The notes under the pieces were generated by a model. The model worked only from the letters and a program-made list of their open reading frames with translations, ran no database searches and was not told where the DNA came from. A stretch of DNA of 53,738 bases, filler included, from Sluysia triapertura (Eukaryota): the NCBI GenBank assembly GCA_046118255.1. It is 4 parts of 4 records of this genome, joined end to end, with 100 filler letters (N's around TTAATTAATTAA, not from the genome) between each part and the next. Parts side by side here need not be neighbours in the genome. Positions count along the whole stretch, not along the records: positions 1 to 15,942 come from JBJNIA010214254.1; positions 16,043 to 27,241 come from JBJNIA010187457.1; 2 more parts are not named here. One strand, 5' to 3'. A program made the translations under genes and the position numbers. Positions 11,838 to 24,429 of the stretch are shown here, in pieces; position 1 is the stretch's first letter; every line of letters starts with the position of its first letter.

Positions 11838-13329
11838 TATGAACATGAAGAAGTAGAAAAAGGAATCAGAGAGGTGAAGGTTAAAACATATAGAGCCTCC
11901 TGAATGCCTTATAAATTAATAAACAGCTTTGGAACCTTAATAAAACCTTTAAACATAAAATAAGATTAAGTCTAAAATAGATTAATTTATTAAAAATTTA
12001 ATTAACTTAATTGAGAAAAAGTACGTTTTTGTGAATAACTTTTGAATGTGGAATGTTATGTTAAATTTAAATTTTGAATTTTTTATACTTAGAATGATGT
12101 GAATATAATTACTTGAATATGAGGTGATTGCTACTAAAGAGGAAAATCTAGAAGTGAGTTTGAAATGTTTGCGAAATGGTTTGTTTGAGAATACGAACCT
12201 TAAACATTTTTCATTAGAAAATTGAGTATAAAAAATTAAAAATTAATTAAATTCTAAAAAGTGAAATTAAATTAATTATTTTTATGTATGTTAAGAATAT
12301 AGTTGATTGTTATTTTAATGTGAGAAGTTATTTAAGTAAAAATAGATTGAGTAGAGTGAAAGAAAATGATGGTTAATAATAAATCAAATTTTTGTGTTTT
12401 GCACCTACTGAAGTTTGATAGACCGTACCATGTAATTTCGAAATTGTTATTGTCGGTATAATTCTCCAAGAGGTTTTGATGATTTGTATGAGTGAGTGTT
12501 TGTTTGTGAGATTTGGGATTTATTGGATGATGAGAGGGTATAAAATGAAAAACTTTAAAACTTCACAACACAATCATACAGCTACAGTATCAAAATCAAT
12601 GTTTGGGTGAGTTTTAATTTATTTTTGTTTATTATTATATTAATTTTGTTAGTGTTATTGGGATAAATTACATTTTTGTGGGAAATTTTAAGTTTTTTAG
12701 GTATTAACAAATATATTTTTGGGGACTCCCTGCCCAAATAATTTTAAAATACTTAAAGCTAATTATTTATTATTATTTTATCTTTGATTTTAAGCTGTTG
12801 ATTAACCTATTTTTGGTAGGATCCCGGCGCAATTTATCTTATAGTTTTTTTGTTATAGAGTTAGAATAGAATAGAATTATTTTGAAAGTATAAAGTTATT
12901 ATCATTTTTCAAATTTTAATTTTGGTTCCGTCTCCCCTTACCTTTTTTGGAAAAATTATTGTATGCTTAACATTTTTATTGATTTTCTTTTAATTTTAGT
13001 CATTTTTAGATAATTTAGATAATTGTTAAAGCAGAGATTCATCATAGTAAATCGTATTTGATTTGGTATTTATTATAACAGTGAGTTTTTGTTATTAATT
13101 TGAATTGAGGAACATAACTTCCGTTGGAATTGAAGAAATACCATTATTAAATTAATGTAATTTTTATTTAATTTAGTGAGTATTGAAAATATTAAGATTC
13201 CGTTTAAGTAAATTAAACTGATACTGATTTACTGTTATTAATAATTTCAAAGACGCAACATTATGGCTGCACAGCTAGTACATACTATCAATTTACTAAT
13301 ACATTTTCACTACGTATTATAATTCTGAC

Positions 13330-14100
13330 TATGTACTTTATTCAATTATATATGCCTTGATAGTTTATCTCTGTTCACCTTTTAGCGTATTTTTCATGTT
13401 TTATTGATATCTGCGTTTTATCCGTAATTTTTTGTGGAGAATATTTTAGTGCGAATGAATGTGCTTTAATTTTCTTGTTTATTGATAAATTTTCTACTTC
13501 TGAGTACTTTTTCATGTTTCTGAAAATATTTATTGAGAATTTCTGCATTGGACTCATTAACTTTTAGGCATATTGACTGAATAATGATAAACTTTGTTTT
13601 ATCTTACTTCTGATACCTGTATGGAGTTCGTGCCATCGCGACAAATACAAAACAATATGAATCAGAGTTACTAGAGATTTTCTAACGTGAATCGTTATCA
13701 CGCAATCCCACTTTAAGCGCAATCATCTTTATATTCAATGAATTTGAAAACAAATTCCAACAAAAGTCTGCCTATATCATCGTTAAATGTTACAAACATT
13801 TGTTACCTGGAATTGCTTACTGATCCCAATGACTTATTTTTCGCAATATAATCTGGTCAGGATCACATGACGATTTTTCCATTCAGCCTCTATAACCTTT
13901 TCTAAGTTCATACAAATTTATTGAATATTGTTCTAATATCACAAAAATTGAACCATTTGTGGCAAGTATGCTTGTCCGTCCACGATCCTTTAACTAAGAG
14001 ATTATCAAGTTACATGCGAAAAGTTTGACGTAACAATCGTCTATGTCAGTAATTTTCGTACTCATTGTTAAATATCTTGGAATTTTCTAAACAATCCATT
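13330..14100 (-). pseudogene. Possible decayed coding tract of unknown identity
   Basis: Higher GC and sequence complexity than flanks, with moderately long minus-strand frames broken by stops. No motif recognised. Confidence 0.2.
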
Positions 14101-15867
14101 AAAAATATAATAATTCTATTATACATAGACAGAATTAATAATTAATAATTCATACATATTAAATAAACTAAATTCCAATTGGCTATTCAAATATAAAATG
14201 TAAATATAAAATAAATCATAATATATCTCGACAACAATCGAAACATCGAACATTTTGAAATTATTTATAAGGATAATAAAACAAATTTGTGATTTCTATC
14301 CATATCCAATGAGTAACATTGAGACATTATGTAAAACGTAGTACGCATGAAAATAGACAATAATTCTACATTGCATTAAATAATTTAACTTGAAAATATC
14401 GCGGATTGATTTCAGGTTTGGAAAGACGAATGCTGGTTTATGAGTAATTACTGTCACATTTCATTGATTTAATTATCAGACTTAATTAATAAGAGAAAGC
14501 TTAATATTGACGTACAAATTAAATTATTTATTTAAAAAAAAGAAAACTAAATAATATATAAAATAGTTAATTTTATTTAAAATCATTCTATCGTAATTTC
14601 ACCGTATTTTTATAATAAGAATATAAAATTATAAATTAAAATAATTTAACAATTATCAAGTAAAAACAGAAATATTTAGAAAAATGCATTTAAATTAAGG
14701 AAATAAAATAATAAGAATATGTAACGGAATTCTTAACACTTACTTAGCAAATAGAAAAGATACGGATTAAACGGAAGCAACTCAGAAATAAAAAGCAATT
14801 AATTTCATTAAAATTGAAATGAAAAAATGAATACGAACTAATTAATTAATTAATTATATACGTACATTAAAATCATTTATGATTATGAATCAGCCATATA
14901 AGAGTAATTAATTGTAGGACAGTTTTAACTACAGAAATGCTGTTGAATAAAATTTAAATTATTGGCCATAATAAAGTAACAATAAAATGGAATGTACAAA
15001 AATAAAAATAGATATTTTTATTGACAAAATATATAATTTTATTGGCATTCGTTAAGATAGTATCAGTTTATAAAATTCTAATATAATTTGAGAAAATAAT
15101 CAATGAAATTAGTCAGTTATTAATATGAAACAAATTAACATTTTTGAATAAAAATTTTAAATTATTAATAATGTCATTGTGACATATTTATCTATATAGT
15201 TTGTGATTTTATTGGATAAATATACTATAACTTATATCCGGGGTTATAAGTTGAAATTGATCAATTTAAAACTGAGTGACCATGAAAAACCTCAATTATT
15301 TGCTTCATTGTCATTAATTAATTAATCAATTAATTAATTAATTAATTAGTCGTTATGGTATGAAAGTTATTAATTAAGATATAAAATAACCTACTTGTCA
15401 TTGTCTTCCTATGACGTTATGTAAGCTCATTAAGTCACTATTGTAGCAATTTAATAGTAATTTAATAACTTATCTATTTCACAAATTTTTTCGCTAAATA
15501 CATATATTCCTAACGTGAAATATGATATATTATATGATAATATAACAAAGAGAAATCCAAAAAATTTCTTTTTTCTAAAATATCAAATAAAACCTAAGGC
15601 AAAACAATTAATATAGTATGATGTACTAGTTCCGAACATGCGCATAAGAAGTGCCAATAGGCTCTATGTCTTAGATAACTTGTATCGCAAACGTGTAAAA
15701 ACGCGAGGGCTTGTGGTTAATTGTAATCTTAATGTGAACAAATTTTAGAAATATATCATTTAAAATTTTAACTTTAAATTATGCAATTTAATAAATAATT
15801 TAGTAACAAGAACTTTAACGATTAAAAATCTAAAACAAAATAGTTAAACAATTTGATTGAAATTTTA

Positions 15868-15942
15868 TTAACTCGTTCGCTACCAGCCGGCACATATGTG
15901 TGCCACTGTAATTCGTTACCAGAGACCAGCGGCACATATATG
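15868..15942 (+). mobile_element. piggyBac-like element end running into an assembly gap
   Basis: TTAA followed by CTCGTTCGCTACC, then a subterminal direct repeat ACCAGC(C)GGCACATAT x2. GC-rich and abuts the gap. Confidence 0.5.
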
Positions 15943-16042
15943 NNNNNNNNNNNNNNNNNNNNNNNNNNNNNNNNNNNNNNNNNNNNTTAATTAATTAANN
16001 NNNNNNNNNNNNNNNNNNNNNNNNNNNNNNNNNNNNNNNNNN
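15943..16042. other. Assembly gap with artificial TTAATTAATTAA linker
   Basis: 100-nt N block with a central six-frame-stop spacer. The same design occurs at 27242-27341 and 38100-38199. Confidence 0.97.
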
Positions 16043-18840
16043 AAATACATTAGAGTGAGATTTAATATAAACATTATATAATTAAAATTTATCAACAATT
16101 TTAGATAAAAACAATGATAGTATGTGCCACTTATACATTACTACTTATTACTTATAAATTACTTATTATTGCAAAAAAATTTCAGACAGAAAACAATAAT
16201 TATTATGTGTTATTACTTATAAATTATTTAGTATTATTATTAACAATTTCAGACAAAAAGTATAGTTACTACTTGTTAATTATTACTATTAAATGATACT
16301 TTGTAGATTATATTACTAATTTTATTACTTCTATACAGAATTTAATAAATTTTCGTCATATAAAAATAGTATAAATAGACAATTTGATTTTCAACCCACA
16401 TATAATTTTACAGAATTTCATACAAGATTTTACTTAAGTTGACAGAGTATTTAACAGTATTACGTAGTATTTGGAATAGTACTTGGCACAATATTTGATA
16501 CAGAATTTGGCACACTATTTCACACAGATTTTGGACAGTACAAATTATTATTAGTGGAATTCGTTCGAGTATCCTGAACTCTATTGGAACAATTTAAGAA
16601 ATATTTAATCACTAACTGGATCAAACATTGAACGTAACGGTAATTATTATTGCTTTTTTGTCTGAAAAAATTAAAATATTGTACTTTATTGACATTAAAA
16701 TTTGTCATTATTTGTCATTTTATATTTTGTTATGAAGTGTTTAAATCTTTGTTGAATAAAGATTTATTGCCTTATTAATTAATTGTTAGATAGAAAGAGA
16801 GAGCCCCAAATGAAGGATAAAACAAAATAGAATAAAATAAAATAAAGCGAGATAAAATAATATTTATTCATACAACAATCAAAGTCAAAGTCGAGCATCC
16901 TCGCAAATAAAACAAAGTAAAATAAAACAAAAAAACTTACTTCCGGTCAACGGAACGAGTATCCGAACTCAGAATAAACAAAAATTAATTGAATAGTAAA
17001 ACGATAGAAAGTTTAAGTTGTTGCTGACGAACAATAATTTATATAAGTGAAGATATTAAAAGTATTATTGAGGACTAAAGTGTGTATTGACTAAAGTTGA
17101 GAATCAATTATAAAGTAACTTAAAGATATTGAGGAATAGTAACGTTTTACAGAATTTGTATTAAAAGCCTAATCGTTTACATTTATTATAAGTATATATT
17201 AATTTATTGACAAAAGAAAGTATTCAGAATCGTTTGAAGATGAAATCTAAGAATTGAATTTAATTATTAAATATTATTAAGCTTGAATTTTTTTAAATTC
17301 AACAAATTTATCTTTAATTATAATTTTAATTTTTTATATTAATTAGATATAAAAATTAAAAATTGAAATGGAAATATATTTTCCTTCAACTATTAAAATT
17401 TATGTTTCACTGATTTTATTAGAGTGCTGGTAGCCAAATCCAGGTGGAAAAGAAACACAATTATAATTTGTGCAAAACAATAAAATACGCCTATTAGTAC
17501 TACGTTATTATTAGCTAATTGTTTTAAGCTAAAGATGTGAAACATTATTTTTATAATCTTATTTTATTCAGAATAAAAATTTATTTATTTAATAAATTAT
17601 TTTAAGAAATGAAAATAATTAATAACATTATTTATTACTTAAAAAATAAATATTACTTATTTATTATTTTAAAATATGATAATTAATTGTATTTTTATTT
17701 TTATAGTTTTATTTTATTTAGAATAAAAATTTATTTATTAATTAAAATTATTTTAAAAAATGATAATTAATAATATTATTTTATAACTGCTTTTTTATCC
17801 TACACTCCATGAAAGTCCATTGAATGCATAAAATAACAAAGTTTAAACCAACCATATGAATAAGCACTGTATAAAAAGTTAGAAAGTCAAAACAATTTTT
17901 ATGTAACATATAACTAGAAAATAACTAGTAAAATTTACACTCAGATCCACTAGACCCGACTGATAGGCAGAAGGTTACGTTATCACGCTTATATAACGTA
18001 TTTTTTTAATTCTTTATTCAGTTTTCTTCAGACGGAGCTCACATTTGAAACGTAGAGACGTTTTATTGAGATATCTCAATTTTAACAAAAATATTGATGA
18101 AATTATATCAATTATCTACTAAAAATTAATACATTCGATAAATAAAAGTTGAAATAAAAGTAATTAAAATCGAAATATTAAGTGCAACGCAATTTAAAGT
18201 TTCATTTAATTTGTTTCGCTTTTTGTATTGCTGAAAAATATTTTCGAAAATTTATTTTTTATTTTTAACTTATTGATAAATCATTTGATGATTTAAGAAA
18301 CGGATTCTTTATCAATTATACAATTTTAAAGGACTTTTCAATAAAACTATTATATATTTAATAAATTATGTACAAATACATTTTATAAATTTCTTTAAAA
18401 ATTTCGATAGTTTTCGATACCATTGGTCTATTTAATCTTAAATAGATATAATAAATTTCGTTCCTGATTTTAAATATTAAATTATTTATGAAAAGATATC
18501 GTTAAAAATAAAAATAAATAATATTTTAAATAAAGTCTACAAACTTTAGATATTATATCCAAATTGAAAATAATAATTTTATTTAATTAAGTTATATTAA
18601 TATTTTTTCAAGTAAAAAGACTCATAAAATATAAATATTACTTCAAACATTATATAAAGCAAAATTTTTCAAAAATTCATTAGTCTGAAATAGCTAAAAT
18701 TAGTCTAAAATAGAATTATTTTATCCACAAACAAAACTAATTAAACAAAGCGCTTTTTTTTCTTAGTGACAAAACTAATTCAATGCAAAATAATAAAAAA
18801 ATGGCAATTTCATTTTGAATTGTGATACAATCTATTCTTA

Positions 18841-18886
18841 TTTTATTATTATTATCATTATTATTATTTATTATTATTATTTATTA

Positions 18887-18931
<45 letters not shown>
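18841..18931. repeat. (TTA)n microsatellite, imperfect
   Basis: Direct reading. It accounts for the poly-I/Y/L ORF 18815-19051. Confidence 0.95.
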
Positions 18932-18932
<1 letters not shown>

Positions 18933-19295
18933 CGTGTTTTCCCGAAAATAAGACAAGGCTTAAATTAATTTTCACTTCACAATATGACACTAGGGTTTAT
19001 TTTTGGAGTGTATCTTATTTTCATCTATCGAAAAACAAAGTTACAAAGTAGAGAATTATGAAATTTCTGAATACATAAGAAACATGAAAACATTTACTAA
19101 TGAATAACAAGTTTTATTTTTAAAAACCATTAATTATAAATCATTTAAAAATAACCTCATCGTCGTCATCCTATGAAATGTCATCCTAGTTACTGAATTC
19201 CAAAATTTCATTACTTTAAGTCATTCTCTCAAGGACATTGTGCGGCAAAGGAGAAATGCTTTGATAGTTGCTAATAAAATCTTACTTGAAGTTTA
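18932..19295 (-). mobile_element. 3' end of a pogo/Tigger-like (Tc1-mariner superfamily) DNA transposon
   Basis: TA followed by (T)CGTGTTTTCCCGAAAATAAGACA, which resembles pogo-type TIRs. About 350 bp is similar, in inverted orientation, to 44286-44624. Minus frame TIKAFLLC resembles the I.KSF..C motif near pogo transposase C-termini. Confidence 0.65.
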
Positions 19296-19299
19296 GGGT

Positions 19300-20630
19300 T
19301 TTGTGGTGTAGGAATAATGTATATAAATGATTATTATACCTGTTTTGTATCACAATTTTCGAATTCCCCAGTGTAAATTCATGATTCAATTCATCGAGGG
19401 CGACATAAAATACAAAATTCTTTTTGGTTACGAAATATTCAAAAAGTTTTTTATTAACTAAACTTTTAGTAATTAAAGATTTAAGAAAAACACGTAAACT
19501 ATGATTATTTAATATATTTTGAATTCCAAAAAAAAACGTTAATAAATTTTGATACCATATAAATGATTTTGTTGTTCATCAACATCTCTGAATTCTCATC
19601 ATCGTACGACATGTTGGACCAAAAGATCGAGCATTTCTCTAAAAGGTTTAAATAATAATTACAATAAAATTTTACTAGTAATATTTTCTGAATGTTACTG
19701 TTTTCTTCTCGATCTTGATCTCCAAGTGTTATAAGGACCAAAATTCCCTTCTTACCGATTTGATGCTGCTGTTGAATAACTTTAATAACTGCTCTCATTA
19801 ATTTGTTTAATATGATGCGGTCATACTTTTGGGTCGCATACAAAATGCATTTTGCCACATTAATAGTCGATTTATGTAATTCTATACGGATTGGTTTAAT
19901 CTTATAAATCTAAGACAAGTTTATCTGTTTTTATATTCAATCGGTTGATTATATGCATATCTTTAACCGGTTTGTGTGGTTCTAATTTCATTAACCTAAT
20001 TTTATATACATCTTTCATAGGTTTGTCTACTTATAAATCCATCAATCTAATTTTATATACATCTTTAACAGGTTTTTTGAGTCGCGTGACTCATATTACA
20101 CTTATTGAGTGGAAAACGAACAATATTGTCATGGTAATACTTCATAACTTTATTCGGAAAATCATTCATGATTAATTCACGTGGTTTACTAACGATCATA
20201 CCTAACAGTCTTCGCAAATTCTAAAATAGTATCAATCGAATAACGAATACTATGATTTTGCTTTTCTTCTCTCACAATTTTATTAATCATCTTCTTCAAT
20301 TGCTTATAAAATGACGTATTGGGCAATAATAATATTTGAGGTACTAATCGATACGAATTTTTATTCCAGCCAAAAGAATAAACTAAAAACATAGGTGTTT
20401 AAACATTTTCTTGATATCAATATCGCTGTGCATCAAGATTACTGTCTGATAAACCAATTTTTCTTTTGTTTCGTTTGGTCCGAAGCACAACAAATCTCTC
20501 CCAGTTTTATAAATGTATCTCATGGTAATACCAAAAAAATTTTTTCTAGAAAATTTTACCACGAGAAGCCTCTGTGCGTTTTTTTGTAACTGATGATTTG
20601 AAAACGCCACTCAAATTATTCGTCATGCTG
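19300..20630 (-). pseudogene. Disrupted orphan gene with a 51-bp (17-aa) internal repeat
   Basis: Successive minus-strand ORF pieces (75, 67 and 117 aa, plus an open run SLRVFLKSLITK...NNHLY). Repeat unit KP(V/M)KDVYKIRLM occurs about three times at ~19930-20080. Confidence 0.4.
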
Positions 20631-20734
20631 TATAAAGTATATTTCCTTTTTTTAATTTTTTTACTAAAATCTCCTTTTAATTATTTTTGTAATTTTATTT
20701 TTTAGATGCTTTAAATAACAGCGTTATTATTGGT

Positions 20735-21178
20735 CATCCAATCAGGCCTTTAATAATGTTAGTTGAGAATAATAAGTCCTGATTGGATGCTATTTTGGCA
20801 GTAAAATTATTGATCTGATGATTGACCATCATCAGTGTTGGCACTCTAATAAGAATTGTGATACATAGTGTAAACACTGATGATGGTAGCAACCAGTTTA
20901 ACGGCATTGATTGAAATGAAAAAATTAAAATTTTGACTAAAATAATTCAATAATTGGTAATAATAATAACAACAATAACAATATTGTTATTATTATTATC
21001 AAGAATTAAAAAAAATCGCATAAATTTCTCTTAAAATTACACTTTACACGATCTTTTCTTTTAATCTTGATTTACTTCTGACATAAAATGATTTAAAAAA
21101 TGAAATAACAGTTTGATATTGTATGAAGGAGCAACGATAACGGGGTATACGATGCTCGAGTTATTGTTGCTGCTTCAT
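20735..21178. other. Cluster of 55-63-nt inverted-repeat hairpins
   Basis: CATCCAATCAGG/CCTGATTGGATG (20735-20789). ACCATCATCAGTGTT/AACACTGATGATGGT (20825-20887). ATGAAGGAGCAACGATAAC/GTTATTGTTGCTGCTTCAT (21123-21178). A low-complexity hairpin lies at ~20958-20998. Confidence 0.8.
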
Positions 21179-21179
21179 T

Positions 21180-21950
21180 GTATAAAATTGAATTCTTTAA
21201 ACTGTATTAGATTTTAGTAATCTTGTTATTGAATTTTAACATATTGAAATAACTTAATTGTGTTTGAAACTAAATTTCTGAGTAATGATTATTTTGAAAG
21301 AATTGTTAAGTATGCTTAATCTTTGAATGTATAATATTTGATATGAGTCTTGAAGTGAATTGAAGAGTGTTGGAATAAATTCTTCGATGTTGATTGCAGT
21401 TTTTATGTTTGACAAGTTTTATGTATTGAAATATAATGGATAAAGGTTTATTGAGAAGATTGTAATTTGTTGAATTTAAAAGGGCAATTACAAAATAACT
21501 CTTGTATATTTAAGGTGTTGTTATACAATGTTGATGACGATTATATGTAGATGAATAGTGAGTTTGGAATATTGTAATTGATTCAAGGTGTGAAATAGGT
21601 ATGTTATGCGTCTCAAATAAGTATACCAGTGCTGTGGAATGGTATTAAATGCAATTGTGATTTATATATTGTAATTTTGTGATTGTGGTTCGATTTAAGC
21701 GAATAAACTATTAAATGAATGTTAGCGAATGTTAGATATTAATTTCCAAAATGTAGTGTAAAATGGAGGGTTTGAAAGTATTAGATGGATTATTTCGAAT
21801 GATTTTGTTGATGGATTATTGTGAATGTCGAGTAATGTTTTTTTGTGAGTTAGTGATGTAATTCGGTAGTATTAAATATGATTGTGATTTAGATGTTGTG
21901 AAATTTAAATAAATATTTAGTGGTTGTGAGTGTTGGCCACCACATTCTTT
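21180..21950 (-). mobile_element. Possible highly decayed 3' end of a LINE
   Basis: Strong C/A skew on the minus strand. FIPTLFNSLQD...SFK resembles the P.L(W/F)NSLP...FK motif at the end of CR1/L2-group ORF2. No RT core seen. Confidence 0.3.
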
Positions 21951-22199
21951 AACTTGTACTAAGTTTTAAGATAATTTTATAAAAATTGCACAACTCAAGT
22001 GAAGCTTCAATTCATATTAAATGTTAATTATAACTTTTTACTCCAAAAGTACTTGGTGCTATAAGTATAATTAACGAATCATTAGCTTAATGATTAAAAA
22101 ATATTTTAGTTTTGTGGCCGGCTTACTTCTGTACTCTTATATTGACATGTCAGGATCATCAAGAAATAGTGATTGTAAGGTATCTCAACTCGAATATAA

Positions 22200-23330
22200 A
22201 GGTATCAATATTTTCTAAAGTTTTACAAAAAAATTCATAAGTATATTTATTAATTATGCTATGGTTTTTCCTAACCTTACAGAATAAAGCAACCTTATAC
22301 GTGAGTCCACCAACGTACTAGGCTTACCGGTTAGGGCTAGCCGTTGGATTTTAAGTAAAAGAGTTTTATTTGAATATTAAAACTTCTCAATTCTTACTTG
22401 TTTAATCCTAAAGCATTTTCTGGCTTTTAGCTTAATGATGAAATGAAATCTGGAGGTTATACAATTTTATAATTTTATTATAGGTTAACTATGGTATTTT
22501 ACGAGAATCCTATGAGAAGGATTTATATAAATTGATTTTTCGAAGCAGAATGAAATTCTGATAAAACTTTTATGCGTGGGCTATTTTAGGATTTTGAAAC
22601 TGTAGAAATTTTAGAATACTCAAAAATTTGTTAACTTTATATTAAAAAAAGAAACGAGTAACACAAGATAAAAGTTAATGGCAAGAATTTAGTAATAATA
22701 ATAATAGATAGTTAATTTACAAAAATTAACTGTTAGTTAATTTAATTAACAAAAAATGTTTAAAGAGTAAGTTTACGTTTAAGTGTAAGTTCAAAATATT
22801 ATTATAAATTGATTTTACCTGTATTTTTCGGATGATACTTACAAGTATCGACCTTACACAAATAAACTAACGTTGAAATCAAAAATTTTGTTTAGCAAAA
22901 TAGGTGAGTAGTTGTTTGGTTTTAAGTGTTTGATATCTATGCGGCGATGAAAAACTGTGTCCAGAGAGATCGAAATAAAAATTGTGAGTTGTGTTCAGAA
23001 TTGTAAGAATATTTATAGGTCTTTTTGTTGACCTTGAATGTGCAAAACAAAAATTTTTTGATTTCAAAATTTCTTGTTTTCAAAAATTATAATTATTAAT
23101 TATTTTATAAAATTAATTATAAAAATTAATGAAAACTATTTACCTTTTAAATAATAAAATTCCACAATAAAATATAAAAACTAGTAAAATTCCACAATTA
23201 ATATTTTTACAAAAATCAATCTTTAAAATCAATATATTTACAGTATTGTGTTAATATGGAATCAATAATTAATAATGCGTGTGGACACAAATCAATAATA
23301 AATTAATGCTATTACAATTAATTTAATTAA
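22200..23330 (+). repeat. Interspersed repeat family B, copy 1 (boundaries approximate)
   Basis: 52-nt core at 22299-22350, plus AGAATAAAG, CTGGAGGT, ATTGATTTTTCGAA and GATTTTGAAACT blocks shared with 49650-50780. Confidence 0.7.
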
Positions 23331-24429
23331 AATTGTTTAAAAATAATTTTTGATCAATAACTTTACGTATGATGTTTGCATTGGAAGTTGTATCACACAT
23401 TAAAGTACAATTATGAAATTTATCAATGTTACGAACACTGAGAGTGAGAAACATGTCAACGTAGATAACTTAAAAATCATCAATTTTAATTAATTTTATA
23501 AAGTTAAATTTCTATGTATTTACTAGTGTACATAGTAAAAGTATAATACTCATCAAGAGATCATTTAATATGCTGCTGAAATTGACGTGCGACTTAATGT
23601 TAACATATTGTGCATTGTATCAAAAGTAATTATTGAAAATAATTTTTATATTTGATTAGATTTATATTTGATGTATTATTGCATTAATAAGTATTGTTAT
23701 AACTATTATATTAAATTTTAATTTTTTTATTTTGAAGAGTTTGTTTGCCACAAACTTATTATCTCATTATCATTGTCGCCACAAAATTCATTGGTATTGC
23801 TAGGTAATACTCAGATGTAAATTAATATTCAAATGTGATTAAAATTGGTGACCACAAAACCAACTCTACTAAATAGGCGTATGTTGTCGACATACATAAT
23901 AATTAAGTCGAATTCCCGACTTCCCAGCAATTATCTAAACACAACCATATTTTTGTTAATTTGAATAAACCAATCAATTTGAATGAACTGACCTTTGAAA
24001 TTGTATTATTTAAAATGGTCTTTACGATTAAATTTCTAATTTGAATTTTATAACTTTATATATTATTTTTAATATTGGAACGTTTATATTGTTTGAATTT
24101 TATTTTTGGAAATAAATCTTGTTAAAGTAAGAAATTATCTATTGTTAATTAAAAAATTACATATTGTTAATTAAAAAATTGTTAAACTAACGTAATAAAT
24201 AAATTTTAATACTTTGTTTTAATAAATTAAATTTTAATGTTTTGTTTTAATCTGAAGGTCAGATTGAAAACAATTATAAAGAGACTCGAATTTTGTAAAA
24301 GAAGACACAATCTTTTTAACATAACTTTTTATTGCATTTTGTAAAATCATTCAATCTTTTTAACACCATTTTTATTCGTGATCTGCGGTTCGGAACCAGT
24401 TCACTGTTTAACTCCAAATAAATTTTTCT

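Larger units (their letters stand above)
9380..13260 (+). mobile_element. Solo-LTR-like family A, outer copy split into ~9380-9795 and ~11839-13260
   Basis: The two pieces join collinearly with the uninterrupted copies at 33144 and 28634-30158. Ends in AAAGACGCAACA (13249-13260). The family begins TGTTGGGATTG, giving TGTTG...CAACA inverted termini. Confidence 0.7.

Noticed and set aside
14720-14998. Possible short solo LTR (TGTAAC...TGTACA with TATA and AATAAA)
   Set aside because: Single copy, no TSD and weak inverted termini; not distinguishable from chance.
15987-15998. TTAATTAATTAA islands inside N runs (also ~27286 and ~38144)
   Set aside because: Artificial six-frame-stop linker. It also creates the false stop of ORF 26841-27293.
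17940-18080. GC-richer patch with the palindrome TTGAGATATCTCAA
   Set aside because: Probably a transposon-internal fragment, but no termini or second copy support a call.
18815-19051. Hydrophobic, signal-peptide-like ORFs (also 8328, 16114, 25456, 41585, 43032)
   Set aside because: Products of TTA/TAT microsatellites and AT-rich low complexity.
20815-20900. CTGATGA copies suggesting Penelope-type hammerhead ribozymes
   Set aside because: No GAAA follows stem II on either strand (GTTT or AGAT instead), and no GIY-YIG motif was found nearby.
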